64,000 nt of DNA, from the NCBI GenBank assembly GCA_977020255.1, contig CDROCS010000253.1, positions 4,340,001 through 4,404,000 on the forward strand. The letters run 5' to 3'. A model generated the notes under the pieces. The model worked only from the letters and a program-made list of their open reading frames with translations, had not been told where the DNA came from and made no database searches. Positions 20,043-30,218 of the stretch are shown one piece after another; position 1 is the first letter of the stretch; each line of letters begins with the position of its first letter. The position numbers and the translations under genes are program-made. This stretch comes from Obrimoposthia wandeli. Taxonomy: Eukaryota.

Positions 20043-21188
20043 GTGCCATTTTTACAAGCAGCTTTTTGTCTAAAAGGATTTGATGATCGTAGTCGATTTT
20101 TTGCCACATCAATGATAGCTATTTTGGGTTTTACCTTTTGCTCTGCAATTTTTTCCAGCTATTTAGTAGCCAACTTTTCCATGCTATTACTTTTAACCGC
20201 TGTACTTACCTGTAGCGCCATACGCCGCTTACATGATGCTAAACTTAATAAAAATTGGCAGTTAGTACCTGGTGGCTTGCTGCTATTGACCGGTGTATTG
20301 AGTTTACTTATTGAAAATAGTAGCAGTTATTATTTATTATTTTTACCTGCATTAAGTGCAGCCCTGCTGCTTACCTACCCAAGTAAAAATGCGAAAGAAA
20401 AAAGTAATTATATCTTGGGTTATTTCGGTCCTGTTGACCTGAGTAACTATAAACAAGAGCCCGTCGTCATGAAAGCTCATAATGAACGTATTGAACCAAC
20501 GTTAGTTGCACAGGGCGCTAGTGAGCAACGTTATATGAATGAAGCTATCGCTGAGCAAAGTATTACACCTAACGAGCAGTCTGATGATGAAATGGTCCCT
20601 AAAAAAGCGGATATTGGCGAACTTATTCGCTTAAAGCTCCTTAGTAACCGTAAATTACAACTTGGGATTATTACCAGTGTATCGCTAATTTTTATAGGAG
20701 TGCTTGTTAATAGCGCAATGACCTCTATCAACCCGCAACCGAAAGATGCTAATAATGTAGAGTTGAGTGAACCACAAATATTGTCTAAAGGTATAGCGGC
20801 TAATATTCTTGCTAATAAAAATCACTTACTCGCGATGCCTGATAATTTCAATTTATACTTATCAGAGTACCAAGGCGTTATTATTCACTGGCAGGCTGAT
20901 CAAGTTGTTAATGGAGAGCTTTGGTCACAATTATCAACAAACGGTGATAAAAGTTGTCAAAGCATTAAGTTTAATAAGGGCTCTTCAATTCGTCCTTTAA
21001 CTGTATTGGTTGAAAATGGTAGTGAATATTTTGCTAATTTTTCCCCCCTTGATAGTGGCGAGTTAATACAAGCGCTGGCTTTTCGAGGGAAGTTTTCATT
21101 ATGTGGTTATAGCTTTTCTCTTAAAGGAAGCCAAGCGGTATTAGGTAAACATAATCAATACGCTCCTTTCTTAGATAAAGACGCTTAA
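20043..21188 (+). CDS. DUF805-domain membrane protein with a C-terminal extracytoplasmic domain
   Basis: RSRF and RRLHD motifs, four N-terminal TMs, a further TM near aa 205-225. Confidence 0.65.
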   Translation: MPFLQAAFCLKGFDDRSRFFATSMIAILGFTFCSAIFSSYLVANFSMLLLLTAVLTCSAIRRLHDAKLNKNWQLVPGGLLLLTGVLSLLIENSSSYYLLFLPALSAALLLTYPSKNAKEKSNYILGYFGPVDLSNYKQEPVVMKAHNERIEPTLVAQGASEQRYMNEAIAEQSITPNEQSDDEMVPKKADIGELIRLKLLSNRKLQLGIITSVSLIFIGVLVNSAMTSINPQPKDANNVELSEPQILSKGIAANILANKNHLLAMPDNFNLYLSEYQGVIIHWQADQVVNGELWSQLSTNGDKSCQSIKFNKGSSIRPLTVLVENGSEYFANFSPLDSGELIQALAFRGKFSLCGYSFSLKGSQAVLGKHNQYAPFLDKDA

Positions 21189-21220
21189 AAATCCGATTTA
21201 CTTCCCGACAAACAGGTACA

Positions 21221-21254
21221 AAAAAGCTGCTCAATGCAAATTGGCAGCTTGTTT
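21221..21254. terminator. Probable terminator between convergent genes
   Basis: AAGCTGC..GCAGCTT stem flanked by A and T runs. Confidence 0.55.
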
Positions 21255-21343
21255 AATAAGGAGTGTTTTTCTCAAGACGAGTTCACAACGCTATCTTTAT
21301 TAGCATCATTTTTAACAAGTCATTTTAGTTTCAACAATGATAA

Positions 21344-21769
21344 TTATTGAGTGAAGCCAATTCCCGCTTTTATTAAATTAGCATAAATACTTTTCATAGC
21401 AACGGTATTCTCAGTTAAAGAGTCATCCCATTTATTACGTTTCTCAAACCCTAAGTCGCTAATTTTAAAATAGTGATCTGCTTTTATACCGCTTTTATCT
21501 AAACAAGCTTTTGTACAGCCTAGCTCACAGCCATCGATGGCAATAATAGCTCGACCAGATTTTGCCATTGCCATAATAGGTGCTATTTTACCCACAACGC
21601 CTGCAATACAAGACATCTCAGCAATACCATCACCATCAAGGGTTAATGAAATATTATGCGCCATTTGCGCGAGGTTTGAACAACCAGAGCAAGAGTAAAC
21701 AATTGGTTTACTCTTTATATCGTCACTGATTGTTTTCGAAAACTTATGTACATTCGACATTAAAGTCAC
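21344..21769 (-). CDS. DGC-domain putative zinc/metal-binding protein
   Basis: VYSCSGCSN.AQ, MSCIAGV, IAIDGCELGC; conserved Cys pattern including the D-G-C motif. Confidence 0.85.
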   Translation of the reverse strand: MTLMSNVHKFSKTISDDIKSKPIVYSCSGCSNLAQMAHNISLTLDGDGIAEMSCIAGVVGKIAPIMAMAKSGRAIIAIDGCELGCTKACLDKSGIKADHYFKISDLGFEKRNKWDDSLTENTVAMKSIYANLIKAGIGFTQ

Positions 21770-21787
21770 TCCTTAGCCATTTTATTG

Positions 21788-21856
21788 GTAGGTCGGCACG
21801 AGCGTAGCGAGGCCCGACAATTAATGTGAATTTTGTCGAGGCAAGCATCGACCTAC
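21788..21856. repeat. Inverted REP doublet (REPIN-like) with GTAG ends
   Basis: GTAG-GTCGG..CCGAC on plus (21788-21818) and GTAG-GTCGA..TCGAC on minus (21856-21835); GC-rich in AT-rich surroundings. Confidence 0.65.
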
Positions 21857-21935
21857 AGGAGCATTTTAACAAGTAGACGTAACTAAGAATTGATTTAGAT
21901 CATTACAGTAAATAATACCCATGGTAAATATATGG

Positions 21936-23543
21936 TTATTTGTACCACTCTGTAACTATTTGTTTTATTTTATCCATATCCAAGTGGGCTTGACAGGCTT
22001 GGCTTATTCGCTCAATCGCCTGCTCTTCAAGTGCTTCAACACTAGGTGCTTCGCTTACATCATAACCGACCCAATTCATAAATAACTGCAATGCCTTGGG
22101 TTGATCAAATAATCCATGTAGATAACAACCGGTTATTTGCCCGTCATCACTTAATAATCCCTGGCCTTCACCTTTAATAGTAAGTAAATGAGATGTCTTC
22201 ATTTTGGTATCATTTTCTATATCAAGAAAAGTGCTCTGCCCTGCATGAATTTCATAACCTTTAATCTCAGCGCTTTGCTGGGCAAGCTGTAAAATACCAG
22301 AAACATTCATTAAAGTTTTTTCCTGCTTTAACACTGTATTCATAGCAAAGTAGCCTAGAGCTTTACTAGTGCCGGCTTGTCCTTCTAACCCTGTTGGGTC
22401 GTCAATCAATTCACCTAACATTTGATAACCACCGCAGATCCCTATTACCTTGCCTTGATAGCGCAGATGTTTAGCAATATCATCATGCCAACCTCGTTGA
22501 CGTAAAAACTTGAGATCACTACGGACATTTTTACTACCAGGTAAAATAATGAGATCACAAGCTGGAATAGCTATTTTTTCAGGATTAATTTCATCTTTCG
22601 AACCTTTGGCAAAAAGGAACTGGCAATCAATACCTTCATGATGGCGTAGGGCGTCAAAGTCAGTATGATTACTCATATGAGGGTAAACTAAGACGACAAT
22701 ACGTACTTTTGATGTAGTCGATGTGTCTTCTACTGACGCCTGCTTTGTTACTAAGGCATCTTCAGAGGAAATATCTAAGCCGTGTAAATAAGGTAAAACC
22801 CCTAGCACAGGTTTATTGGTCTTTTCTTCTAGCCATGTCAGCCCTGATTCAAGTAATTTGATATCACCGCGAAAGCGATTAATCACAAAACCAACCACTC
22901 TGTCTTGCTCTGATTGTGATAACAACATCAAGGTACCCACTAATTGTGCAAAAACGCCGCCTTTATCAATATCTGCAATAATTAACACCGGGCAATCTAC
23001 TGCTTCAGCAAAGCCCATATTAGCAATGTCACCCTCGCGTAAGTTTATCTCTGCTGGACTGCCAGCGCCCTCAACAACCACTAAGTCATATTGCTGTGTT
23101 AAGCGTTGATGGGAACTAAGTACCGCTTGCATTGCCACTTTTTTATAATCTTGATACTCACTAGCCTCCATATTCGACGATGATTTATGCATGAGTGCTT
23201 TACCGTGAACAATTACTTGCGCGCCAGTATCACTATTTGGTTTTAGTAAAATGGGATTGAAATCTACATCTAACGCTAAACGTGCCGCTTTAGCTTGCAA
23301 CGCTTGTGCTCGTCCAATTTCACCGCCACAAGGAGTAACGGCACTATTAAGCGCCATATTCTGTGGTTTAAAAGGTGCTACCTTAATATGTAAATCCGCA
23401 AACACACGACACAAACCAGCTACTAGGGTCGTTTTCCCTGCATCAGACGTTGTACCCTGTATCATCAAAGTTTTACTTTGTCTCGATTGAGTTATCTCAA
23501 CAGTATTCCCCGTTGAGTGACTGTTATTTTGCTTAGTTACCAT
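21936..23543 (-). CDS. cobQ: Cobyric acid synthase
   Basis: [65 protein letters not shown]. Confidence 0.96.
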   Translation of the reverse strand: MVTKQNNSHSTGNTVEITQSRQSKTLMIQGTTSDAGKTTLVAGLCRVFADLHIKVAPFKPQNMALNSAVTPCGGEIGRAQALQAKAARLALDVDFNPILLKPNSDTGAQVIVHGKALMHKSSSNMEASEYQDYKKVAMQAVLSSHQRLTQQYDLVVVEGAGSPAEINLREGDIANMGFAEAVDCPVLIIADIDKGGVFAQLVGTLMLLSQSEQDRVVGFVINRFRGDIKLLESGLTWLEEKTNKPVLGVLPYLHGLDISSEDALVTKQASVEDTSTTSKVRIVVLVYPHMSNHTDFDALRHHEGIDCQFLFAKGSKDEINPEKIAIPACDLIILPGSKNVRSDLKFLRQRGWHDDIAKHLRYQGKVIGICGGYQMLGELIDDPTGLEGQAGTSKALGYFAMNTVLKQEKTLMNVSGILQLAQQSAEIKGYEIHAGQSTFLDIENDTKMKTSHLLTIKGEGQGLLSDDGQITGCYLHGLFDQPKALQLFMNWVGYDVSEAPSVEALEEQAIERISQACQAHLDMDKIKQIVTEWYK

Positions 23544-23545
23544 CG

Positions 23546-24349
23546 TTATATTTCCTCGAGTAACGGCATAGCAATGGTCGTCACTTGTTGGTGTAATTGT
23601 TGTTTATGCTGCGTTTGGTTATGTGTTTGGTTTAGTTGTTGTTCTTGATAAGATTGACTAATAATAATGCGTGAAAGGCTACCATTACCAATCTGTAATT
23701 TTTGATGCCAACTGGCTTGCTGCCAATCTAGCTGTAATACATGGGCTAAGATCATGCGAATAACGCCACCATGAGCAAGAACTAAAACTCTTCGAGGTTT
23801 TTGGCTAAAGCTGTGCGATTCTTTTTGAGCTTGCCCTTGTGCTAGTTGAAGACTTTCTTTTTGCTTAGTGGCAATGCCTACTTGCTGCTCTATCAGCTTT
23901 TGCCAAGCTTGTATTACTCTGTGATGAAAGTCAGGCAAAGCTTCAGCTTCTGGTAATACTATTTCAGCTGGAGCCTTAAAAAAGGCTTCAAGTTGTGACC
24001 AACGCAGTTTGGTGTTTTCTTCACCGTGTTGCTCATTTTTAACAGAGCTATTATCAAAATAAATATCGTCAAAAGGAATGCCATCATAGCAACCAAAGTT
24101 CATTTCCTGTAAATCAAGAGATAACACTAATGGCAATTTACATCGACTTGAAAATTCTTTTGCTAAGCGCTGGCAACGCATTAAAGGAGAGCAAACAATA
24201 CTTTGATAAGCTTTATTTGTTTGCTGTTGGGCAACTAAACATTCAAGTAAAGCTGCGTTTTGTGAAGCGATTGGCGCAATATCAGTACAGCCATATAAAG
24301 CAGGTTTGCCGTCGACCTTAACATGTCTTATTAAGTCAATTTCAATCAT
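23546..24349 (-). CDS. cobC: Histidine phosphatase, probable alpha-ribazole/adenosylcobalamin phosphatase
   Basis: LIRH, SPLMRC, LQEMNFG, HGGVIR; position inside the cob operon. Confidence 0.8.
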   Translation of the reverse strand: MIEIDLIRHVKVDGKPALYGCTDIAPIASQNAALLECLVAQQQTNKAYQSIVCSPLMRCQRLAKEFSSRCKLPLVLSLDLQEMNFGCYDGIPFDDIYFDNSSVKNEQHGEENTKLRWSQLEAFFKAPAEIVLPEAEALPDFHHRVIQAWQKLIEQQVGIATKQKESLQLAQGQAQKESHSFSQKPRRVLVLAHGGVIRMILAHVLQLDWQQASWHQKLQIGNGSLSRIIISQSYQEQQLNQTHNQTQHKQQLHQQVTTIAMPLLEEI

Positions 24350-24368
24350 ATTGAAAACTCATTTTTAT

Positions 24369-24920
24369 TTACTTGTCATGACCTTTTATACAAAGCGGAA
24401 TACCGGCAGTAACCAAGGTGACCTTATCGGAGATTTCGGCAACCTTCTGGTTTAACCAACCACAATAGTCAACATATAAGCGGGTAGATTTTCCCATTGG
24501 TATTACCCCTAAGCCTATCTCATTACTGACAATCATAATGTCAGTATTTACCGCGGCTAAACGAGTGGTTAACGTGTCTATTTCAGTTTGTAAATGTTGA
24601 CTTTGCTCTGTGCTACTTGCCTCATGAACAGCATAAAGTTGGTTATTCAACCATAGGGTTAAACAGTCTAATAAATAAACATTATTGTTATCGAGTTCAG
24701 TCAGTGTTTCAGCAAGAGCTAATGGGCATTCAATTAATTTCCAATTATCACCTCTATCACTTTGATGTTGGCTTATTCGATTGTCCATCTCGGCATCAAT
24801 GGCCGTAGCCGTAGCAATATAGACCGCTTGCTTACTTTTTTTTACCGACAGCTCTAAAACTTGTTGCTCCGCAAATCTCGACTTACCCGATCGAGCACCA
24901 CCTAAAATAAAATGAATCAC
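24369..24920 (-). CDS. cobU: Bifunctional adenosylcobinamide kinase / guanylyltransferase
   Basis: GGARSGKSRFAE, YIATA, LLDCLTLW, VSNEIGLGVIP, AGIPL. Confidence 0.95.
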   Translation of the reverse strand: MIHFILGGARSGKSRFAEQQVLELSVKKSKQAVYIATATAIDAEMDNRISQHQSDRGDNWKLIECPLALAETLTELDNNNVYLLDCLTLWLNNQLYAVHEASSTEQSQHLQTEIDTLTTRLAAVNTDIMIVSNEIGLGVIPMGKSTRLYVDYCGWLNQKVAEISDKVTLVTAGIPLCIKGHDK

Positions 24921-25744
24921 CCTGCAACTCCAACAAAAAAGTCATTATTGAGGTAATAAACTAGCGTTAGATAAATAAGTAGCTCAGTAATCTGTTGTGC
25001 CGCGCCTAAACAGTCACCGGTAAAACCGCCTATCTTTGCCATAAGCCACTTTTTAAATAACCCGCGAAAAAGCACTAAAACAATCAACAACGAGAAGATG
25101 ACTTCGCTTGGATAAAAAATGAGTGGCGTTACACCTATCAAGAGTAAAAGGCTGAGTTCTGATGAGGATTGTGCTTGGGCTAAGGGTTTACTCTTACTTT
25201 GTTCAATATCACTTACATATGGCATGGATGAAATTAAGCTGCCGGCAACCGCTCTAGATAAAATTTCTGCTAATACAATCGCAAAAAGTAAGTGATTACT
25301 ATCCTGCTTAGCGAGCTCTACCAACAATGAAAATTTCAATAATAAAACCATCACTAAGGTAACAGCACCATAAGTACCAATACGGCTATCTTTCATAATG
25401 GTCAGTCGTTTTTCTATGGTGAACGCGCCGCCTATGCCATCTGCCATATCAGCTAAACCGTCTTCATGAAAAGCACCTGTTAACAGTAAGCTTATTCCCA
25501 TCATTAACAATATAGAGATATTGCCGGGTAAAAATGAGCTAAAACTGAGATAACTTAACGCGAGCAGTAAACCTGTAACTAAACCCACTAGGGAAAAATA
25601 TCGATTAGCTTTATTTAACAACGCTTCTGAATAGTGCATTGTTTTGGGCACGGGTAAACGAGTAAAAAAACTTAGCGCTAAATAAAATAAATTAAGCTGC
25701 GCGATTATTTTCTCTTTTAGCTGAGCATTTACCCGTACAGTCAT
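24917..25744 (-). CDS. cobS: Adenosylcobinamide-GDP ribazoletransferase
   Basis: FFTRLP, TGAFHEDGLADMADG, IMKDSRIGTYG, GGFTGDCLGA; 4-nt overlaps with both neighbours. Confidence 0.95.
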   Translation of the reverse strand: MTVRVNAQLKEKIIAQLNLFYLALSFFTRLPVPKTMHYSEALLNKANRYFSLVGLVTGLLLALSYLSFSSFLPGNISILLMMGISLLLTGAFHEDGLADMADGIGGAFTIEKRLTIMKDSRIGTYGAVTLVMVLLLKFSLLVELAKQDSNHLLFAIVLAEILSRAVAGSLISSMPYVSDIEQSKSKPLAQAQSSSELSLLLLIGVTPLIFYPSEVIFSLLIVLVLFRGLFKKWLMAKIGGFTGDCLGAAQQITELLIYLTLVYYLNNDFFVGVAG

Positions 25745-26946
25745 ACCGTAACACCCGCACTTTCAAAGCTGGCCATATTATTATAAAAGCTTGCTGAAGC
25801 CTTTATTAATGGCAAAGCAAGTGCTGCGCCCGTGCCTTCCCCCAAACGAAGACCTAAATTCAATAACGGCTGACAGCAAGTATCGGTGAATGTTTGCGCT
25901 GCTATGAGCTCTTCAAGTAACACTTGGTGTGCTTTTTCTTGAGAAACATGAGAAAAAATAAGGTAGTTAGCCACATTTTTATCTAAACGCAGTGCTACTA
26001 ATGCAGCAACACTAACAATAAAGCCATCAATGACAACAGGTATGCTAGCAGTGGCAGCTGATAATATAGCAGAGACCATTTGCACTATTTCAAAACCACC
26101 TAACTCAGATAACAGCGATATAACCTCATCTTGAGTTAAATTTTCGGAATTGTTGTCTGATAAAGTAACGCGCTGTAGAGCGCTTTCAATTAACATGACT
26201 TTTTTCTCTAATTGCTCATCAGTAATACCAGTTCCTCGACCAACACATTCTCTAGCACTAAATGATGTTAATACTGACATTAGTGCCGCCGCAGAGCTGG
26301 TATTAGCAATACCCATTTCACCTAATAATAGTAGCTCAACGCCTTGAGCAACTTGTGCTTTAACCAGTTGTTTTGCCTTTTTAAATCCTTGTTCCACTTG
26401 ACTGATAGACATAGCAGCTACGGCTGAAAAATCACTTGTTCCTGCGCCAAGTCGCTGTTCAATAAAGTTAACGCTATTCATTGCCTCAAAGGTGCTTGGT
26501 GGAATTTCTTCAGGGTCAATAGGCTGCAATATACCGCAATCAATCACAGTTAAGGCGATATCATTACTTTGACAAAAACAATTGATCGCGGCCCCACCCT
26601 GTAAAAAATTAAGTACCATCTGTTTAGTTACTGCACTGGGCGCAATACTGACACTCTTTTCATTTATGCCGTGGTCACCAGCAAAAACTAACATAGCAGG
26701 GTTATTTAGACTGATTTGGCCTGAGTCATTAAGGTCGGAACCATTAACGTCTGAGATTTTTTGATATCTTTGTTGAGAGATCAAAGCAAGTTGTAGAGCT
26801 AAGGGTTCTAGTGCGCCTAGAGCACCTAATGGCTTAGTTTTATTATCAATTTTGGCTTGTATAAATTCTAAGGTATTTGTATTTAAAGGCAAGATGGGCA
26901 TAATGAGATTTAGTCTAAAGAGGTTAGATAGAGAAAGTAATGACAT
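25741..26946 (-). CDS. cobT: Nicotinate-nucleotide:dimethylbenzimidazole phosphoribosyltransferase
   Basis: KTKPLGALG.LE, VFAGDHG, GEMGIANT, LGGFEI, LRLGEGTGA; real start may be 26901. Confidence 0.95.
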   Translation of the reverse strand: MSLLSLSNLFRLNLIMPILPLNTNTLEFIQAKIDNKTKPLGALGALEPLALQLALISQQRYQKISDVNGSDLNDSGQISLNNPAMLVFAGDHGINEKSVSIAPSAVTKQMVLNFLQGGAAINCFCQSNDIALTVIDCGILQPIDPEEIPPSTFEAMNSVNFIEQRLGAGTSDFSAVAAMSISQVEQGFKKAKQLVKAQVAQGVELLLLGEMGIANTSSAAALMSVLTSFSARECVGRGTGITDEQLEKKVMLIESALQRVTLSDNNSENLTQDEVISLLSELGGFEIVQMVSAILSAATASIPVVIDGFIVSVAALVALRLDKNVANYLIFSHVSQEKAHQVLLEELIAAQTFTDTCCQPLLNLGLRLGEGTGAALALPLIKASASFYNNMASFESAGVTV

Positions 26947-27155
26947 TATTTTAAGCTATTTAACTAACAAAAACATAACTCTTTTACTATGTTATGCCGA
27001 TAAACTCACCTTAATAATATGTTATAACTTATGTTGTTATTGCTTTACTTGGTAAAGTTTACTCGGATGTTAACTAGGAAAAAGCGTTAAAACTCTGTAA
27101 CATCATTTATAGGAACTCTTTACCTTAAAATTTCACATCAGGCTGATATAATTTT

Positions 27156-27704
27156 ATGAATACATATGCAAAATATCCCCTTATCCTTTCTAGTCTTTTC
27201 TTGGCGAGTTGTGTAAATCAAAATACAAAAATTGCCAAAAACATCATGCCCACGACTAACCCTTGCAGTAAACTTGAGTTACTTAAAAGTGCCTATTATG
27301 ATAATTTCAGTCAATTAAAAGAAATAAAGGTTGCAGGAAGAGTGAGTAATAGTTGGAAAGCAAAATACCAACTTTTTGGTAAAAACTGTCAAGTATTTTC
27401 ATGGGGGGGAAAGCAGCATACCTATTCTTGTAGTTTAGTCGCGCCAAATGAGGAAACGGCTAAAAACTATTACCAAAGCGCTAAAAAAATCACCCAGGAG
27501 TGCCTAGGTGAACAATGGTCTTTAGAAGAAAGCAAAAGAAAACATGATGATGGTATGAAAACTATTTTTACCAACCATGATGCCAAGTCGCATGAGAAAG
27601 TTACTTTTTCAACACACTTAGTGCCGACATCCGGTTTATTTTCTACAACGTGGACAATTTATTATTATGTTGGCAATAGCTCAAAGCCAAAAAATAATAA
27701 GTGA
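27156..27704 (+). CDS. Hypothetical lipoprotein
   Basis: Signal peptide with lipobox LASC (Cys19) and four further Cys; no family recognised. Confidence 0.7.
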   Translation: MNTYAKYPLILSSLFLASCVNQNTKIAKNIMPTTNPCSKLELLKSAYYDNFSQLKEIKVAGRVSNSWKAKYQLFGKNCQVFSWGGKQHTYSCSLVAPNEETAKNYYQSAKKITQECLGEQWSLEESKRKHDDGMKTIFTNHDAKSHEKVTFSTHLVPTSGLFSTTWTIYYYVGNSSKPKNNK

Positions 27705-27812
27705 TAACAACCATTACTCTGCTTTAATATGCAGGCTAGAAATCACTTAAAGACGATGTAAAGACAACTTAAAAACGACTAGATGAAAGGAGCATACTTA
27801 CTTCACCTAGTA

Positions 27813-27846
27813 AAAGCTGATATTTATAAAAATAAATATCAGCTTT
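27813..27846. terminator. 15-bp perfect hairpin between convergent genes
   Basis: AAAGCTGATATTTAT-AAAA-ATAAATATCAGCTTT. Confidence 0.7.
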
Positions 27847-27887
27847 GGTAATTAACAATATGATAGATTTAACACTTTTTAGTTATC

Positions 27888-29006
27888 CTAAGACTCAAAA
27901 CCATCTAGCGTTACTCCTGATAGCCCACCCGTGCCACCTTGCTCATTACTACGCAATTTAATCATTAAACGTAAATCATTTGGCGAATCAGCATGATGTA
28001 AAGCATCCGCATAAGTAATCATACCATTGTGATAGTGATTGAATAATGCCTGATCGAACGTTTGCATCCCCAATTCTTTTGATTTTTCCATGACCTCTTT
28101 AATGCCACCAATGTCACCTTTTTTGATGAGTTCACTAATATAGGGAGAATTAAGTAAAACTTCGATGGCTGCGATTCGGCTATGACCATCTTTTGTCGGT
28201 ATAAGTTGTTGAGCAATAATACCGCGTAGGTTGAGCGCCAAATCAAATAATAACTTGCCATGTTGATCAGCTGGAACTAAATGCATAATACGATCAATAG
28301 CTTGGTTGGCATTGTTAGCATGTAAAGTAGCAATACATAAGTGCCCTGTTTCGGCAAAGCTAAGTGCATGTTCCATTATCTCTTGGTTTCGAATTTCTCC
28401 AATTAAGATGACATCCGGTGCCTGACGTAATGAGCTTTGCAATGCTGCATCAAAGGATACCGTATCTAAGCCAACTTCACGCTGAGTAATCATACTTTTT
28501 CCGTGCTCATGAACAAATTCTACGGGGTCTTCAATAGTGAGAATATGACCATAAGAGTTACGGTTACGATAACCTATCAAGGATGCCATTGAGGTCGATT
28601 TACCCGTACCAGTACCACCAACAAAGAGCAGTAAACCACGTTTAGACATAACAACATCTTTTAGAATTGGTGGTAAACCAAGATCATCAACATCGGGAAT
28701 TTCTGTGACGATACGACGAACAACCATACCCGCCATGTCTCGTTGCCAAAAAGCAGAAATACGAAAGCGACCAATACCATCAATTTCAATGGCAAAGTTA
28801 CACTCTTTTTCGCTTTCAAATTGCTTCTTTTGCTTATCATTCATAGCGTCATATACTAATGCTATAGATTGCTCAGCAGTCAATACCACATCATCTATAG
28901 GCTGTAATTCACCATTTATTTTAGCGCTTACGGGTAATTTAGCGGTAACAAACATATCAGAGGCGCTTTTTTTTACCATTCTTTCTAATAATTCATGAAG
29001 CTTCAT
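27888..29006 (-). CDS. pilU: Type IV pilus retraction ATPase PilU
   Basis: ASDMFVTA, GGTGTGKSTS, TIEDPVE, LRQAPDVILIGEIR, TLHANNANQAIDRI. Confidence 0.95.
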   Translation of the reverse strand: MKLHELLERMVKKSASDMFVTAKLPVSAKINGELQPIDDVVLTAEQSIALVYDAMNDKQKKQFESEKECNFAIEIDGIGRFRISAFWQRDMAGMVVRRIVTEIPDVDDLGLPPILKDVVMSKRGLLLFVGGTGTGKSTSMASLIGYRNRNSYGHILTIEDPVEFVHEHGKSMITQREVGLDTVSFDAALQSSLRQAPDVILIGEIRNQEIMEHALSFAETGHLCIATLHANNANQAIDRIMHLVPADQHGKLLFDLALNLRGIIAQQLIPTKDGHSRIAAIEVLLNSPYISELIKKGDIGGIKEVMEKSKELGMQTFDQALFNHYHNGMITYADALHHADSPNDLRLMIKLRSNEQGGTGGLSGVTLDGFES

Positions 29007-29045
29007 TTATTATCCTTTATTCCAATACACTCAAAAAATACAATT

Positions 29046-30089
29046 TTAATAGCCTGAAAATTGATTTTTATCAACCGCTTTTTCCATCGCATCTTGTTTA
29101 GTGATCATGCCTCTATTAACAAGGTTTTGTAGACATTGATCCATCGTTTGCATGCCATGTTGCATACCGGTTTGAATCGCAGAGTACATTTGAGCAATTT
29201 TATCTTCACGAATAAGGTTTCGGATAGCAGGAACACCAATCATAATTTCATGGGCAGCAACACGCCCTCCCCCCACTCTTTTAATTAACGTTTGTGAGAT
29301 TACCGCGCGAAGTGACTCTGACAGCATTGAGCGAACCATCGATTTTTCTTCGCCTGGAAATACATCAATAATACGGTCAATAGTTTTTGGTGCCGAGGTT
29401 GTATGCAAGGTACCAAAGACTAAGTGACCGGTTTCTGCTGCTGTCATAGCTAAGCGAATGGTTTCTAAATCACGCATTTCACCTACGAGGATAACATCGG
29501 GATCTTCACGTAATGCCGAACGTAGTGCCGCTTCAAAGCTTAACGTATCACGGTGCACTTCTCGCTGGTTGATTAGACACTTCTTATTTTCATGTACAAA
29601 TTCTATTGGATCTTCAATGGTTAGAATATGATCGTGTTTATGATCATTGATGTAGTCAACCATAGCTGCTAGCGTGGTTGACTTTCCTGAACCGGTAGGT
29701 CCGGTAACTAACACTAAACCACGTGGTGTATCAGATATTTCACGAAATATGTCAGGACATCCTAAATCATCTAATGAAAGTATTTTACTTGGGATGGTAC
29801 GAAATACAGCTGCTGGACCACGGTTTTGGTTAAAGGCATTCACCCTGAAACGTGCTAAGTTTGGTACTTCAAACGAGAAATCGACTTCTAAGTTTTCTTC
29901 ATACTCTTTACGCTGACGATCATTCATAATGTCATAAACTAACGCATTGACATCTTTAGCATCAAAGGCTGGAATATTCAGTTTACGTACATCACCATCA
30001 ACACGGATAGCCGGCGGTGTACCTGTTGATAAATGTAAATCTGATGCGTTATGCTGCACACTAAATGCAAGTAGTTCGGTAATATCCAT
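29046..30089 (-). CDS. pilT: Type IV pilus retraction ATPase PilT
   Basis: MDITELLAF, ASDLHLS, GPTGSGKSTT, ALREDPD, AIRNLIRE. Confidence 0.97.
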   Translation of the reverse strand: MDITELLAFSVQHNASDLHLSTGTPPAIRVDGDVRKLNIPAFDAKDVNALVYDIMNDRQRKEYEENLEVDFSFEVPNLARFRVNAFNQNRGPAAVFRTIPSKILSLDDLGCPDIFREISDTPRGLVLVTGPTGSGKSTTLAAMVDYINDHKHDHILTIEDPIEFVHENKKCLINQREVHRDTLSFEAALRSALREDPDVILVGEMRDLETIRLAMTAAETGHLVFGTLHTTSAPKTIDRIIDVFPGEEKSMVRSMLSESLRAVISQTLIKRVGGGRVAAHEIMIGVPAIRNLIREDKIAQMYSAIQTGMQHGMQTMDQCLQNLVNRGMITKQDAMEKAVDKNQFSGY

Positions 30090-30218
30090 AAAAGCCTCTT
30101 TTTATAGGATGATAAAAAATAATATTTTTATCTTTAATCGGTAATTATTTATAGGTAATAATTTAATAGGTTATACTAACCAGAAAATAAGATAAGTTAA
30201 CACAGCTCAAGATTTAAC

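Noticed and set aside
26947-27155. Cobalamin riboswitch upstream of cobT
   Set aside because: Region is very AT-rich with no GGGAA or GCCCCCGCAACTGT-like conserved blocks
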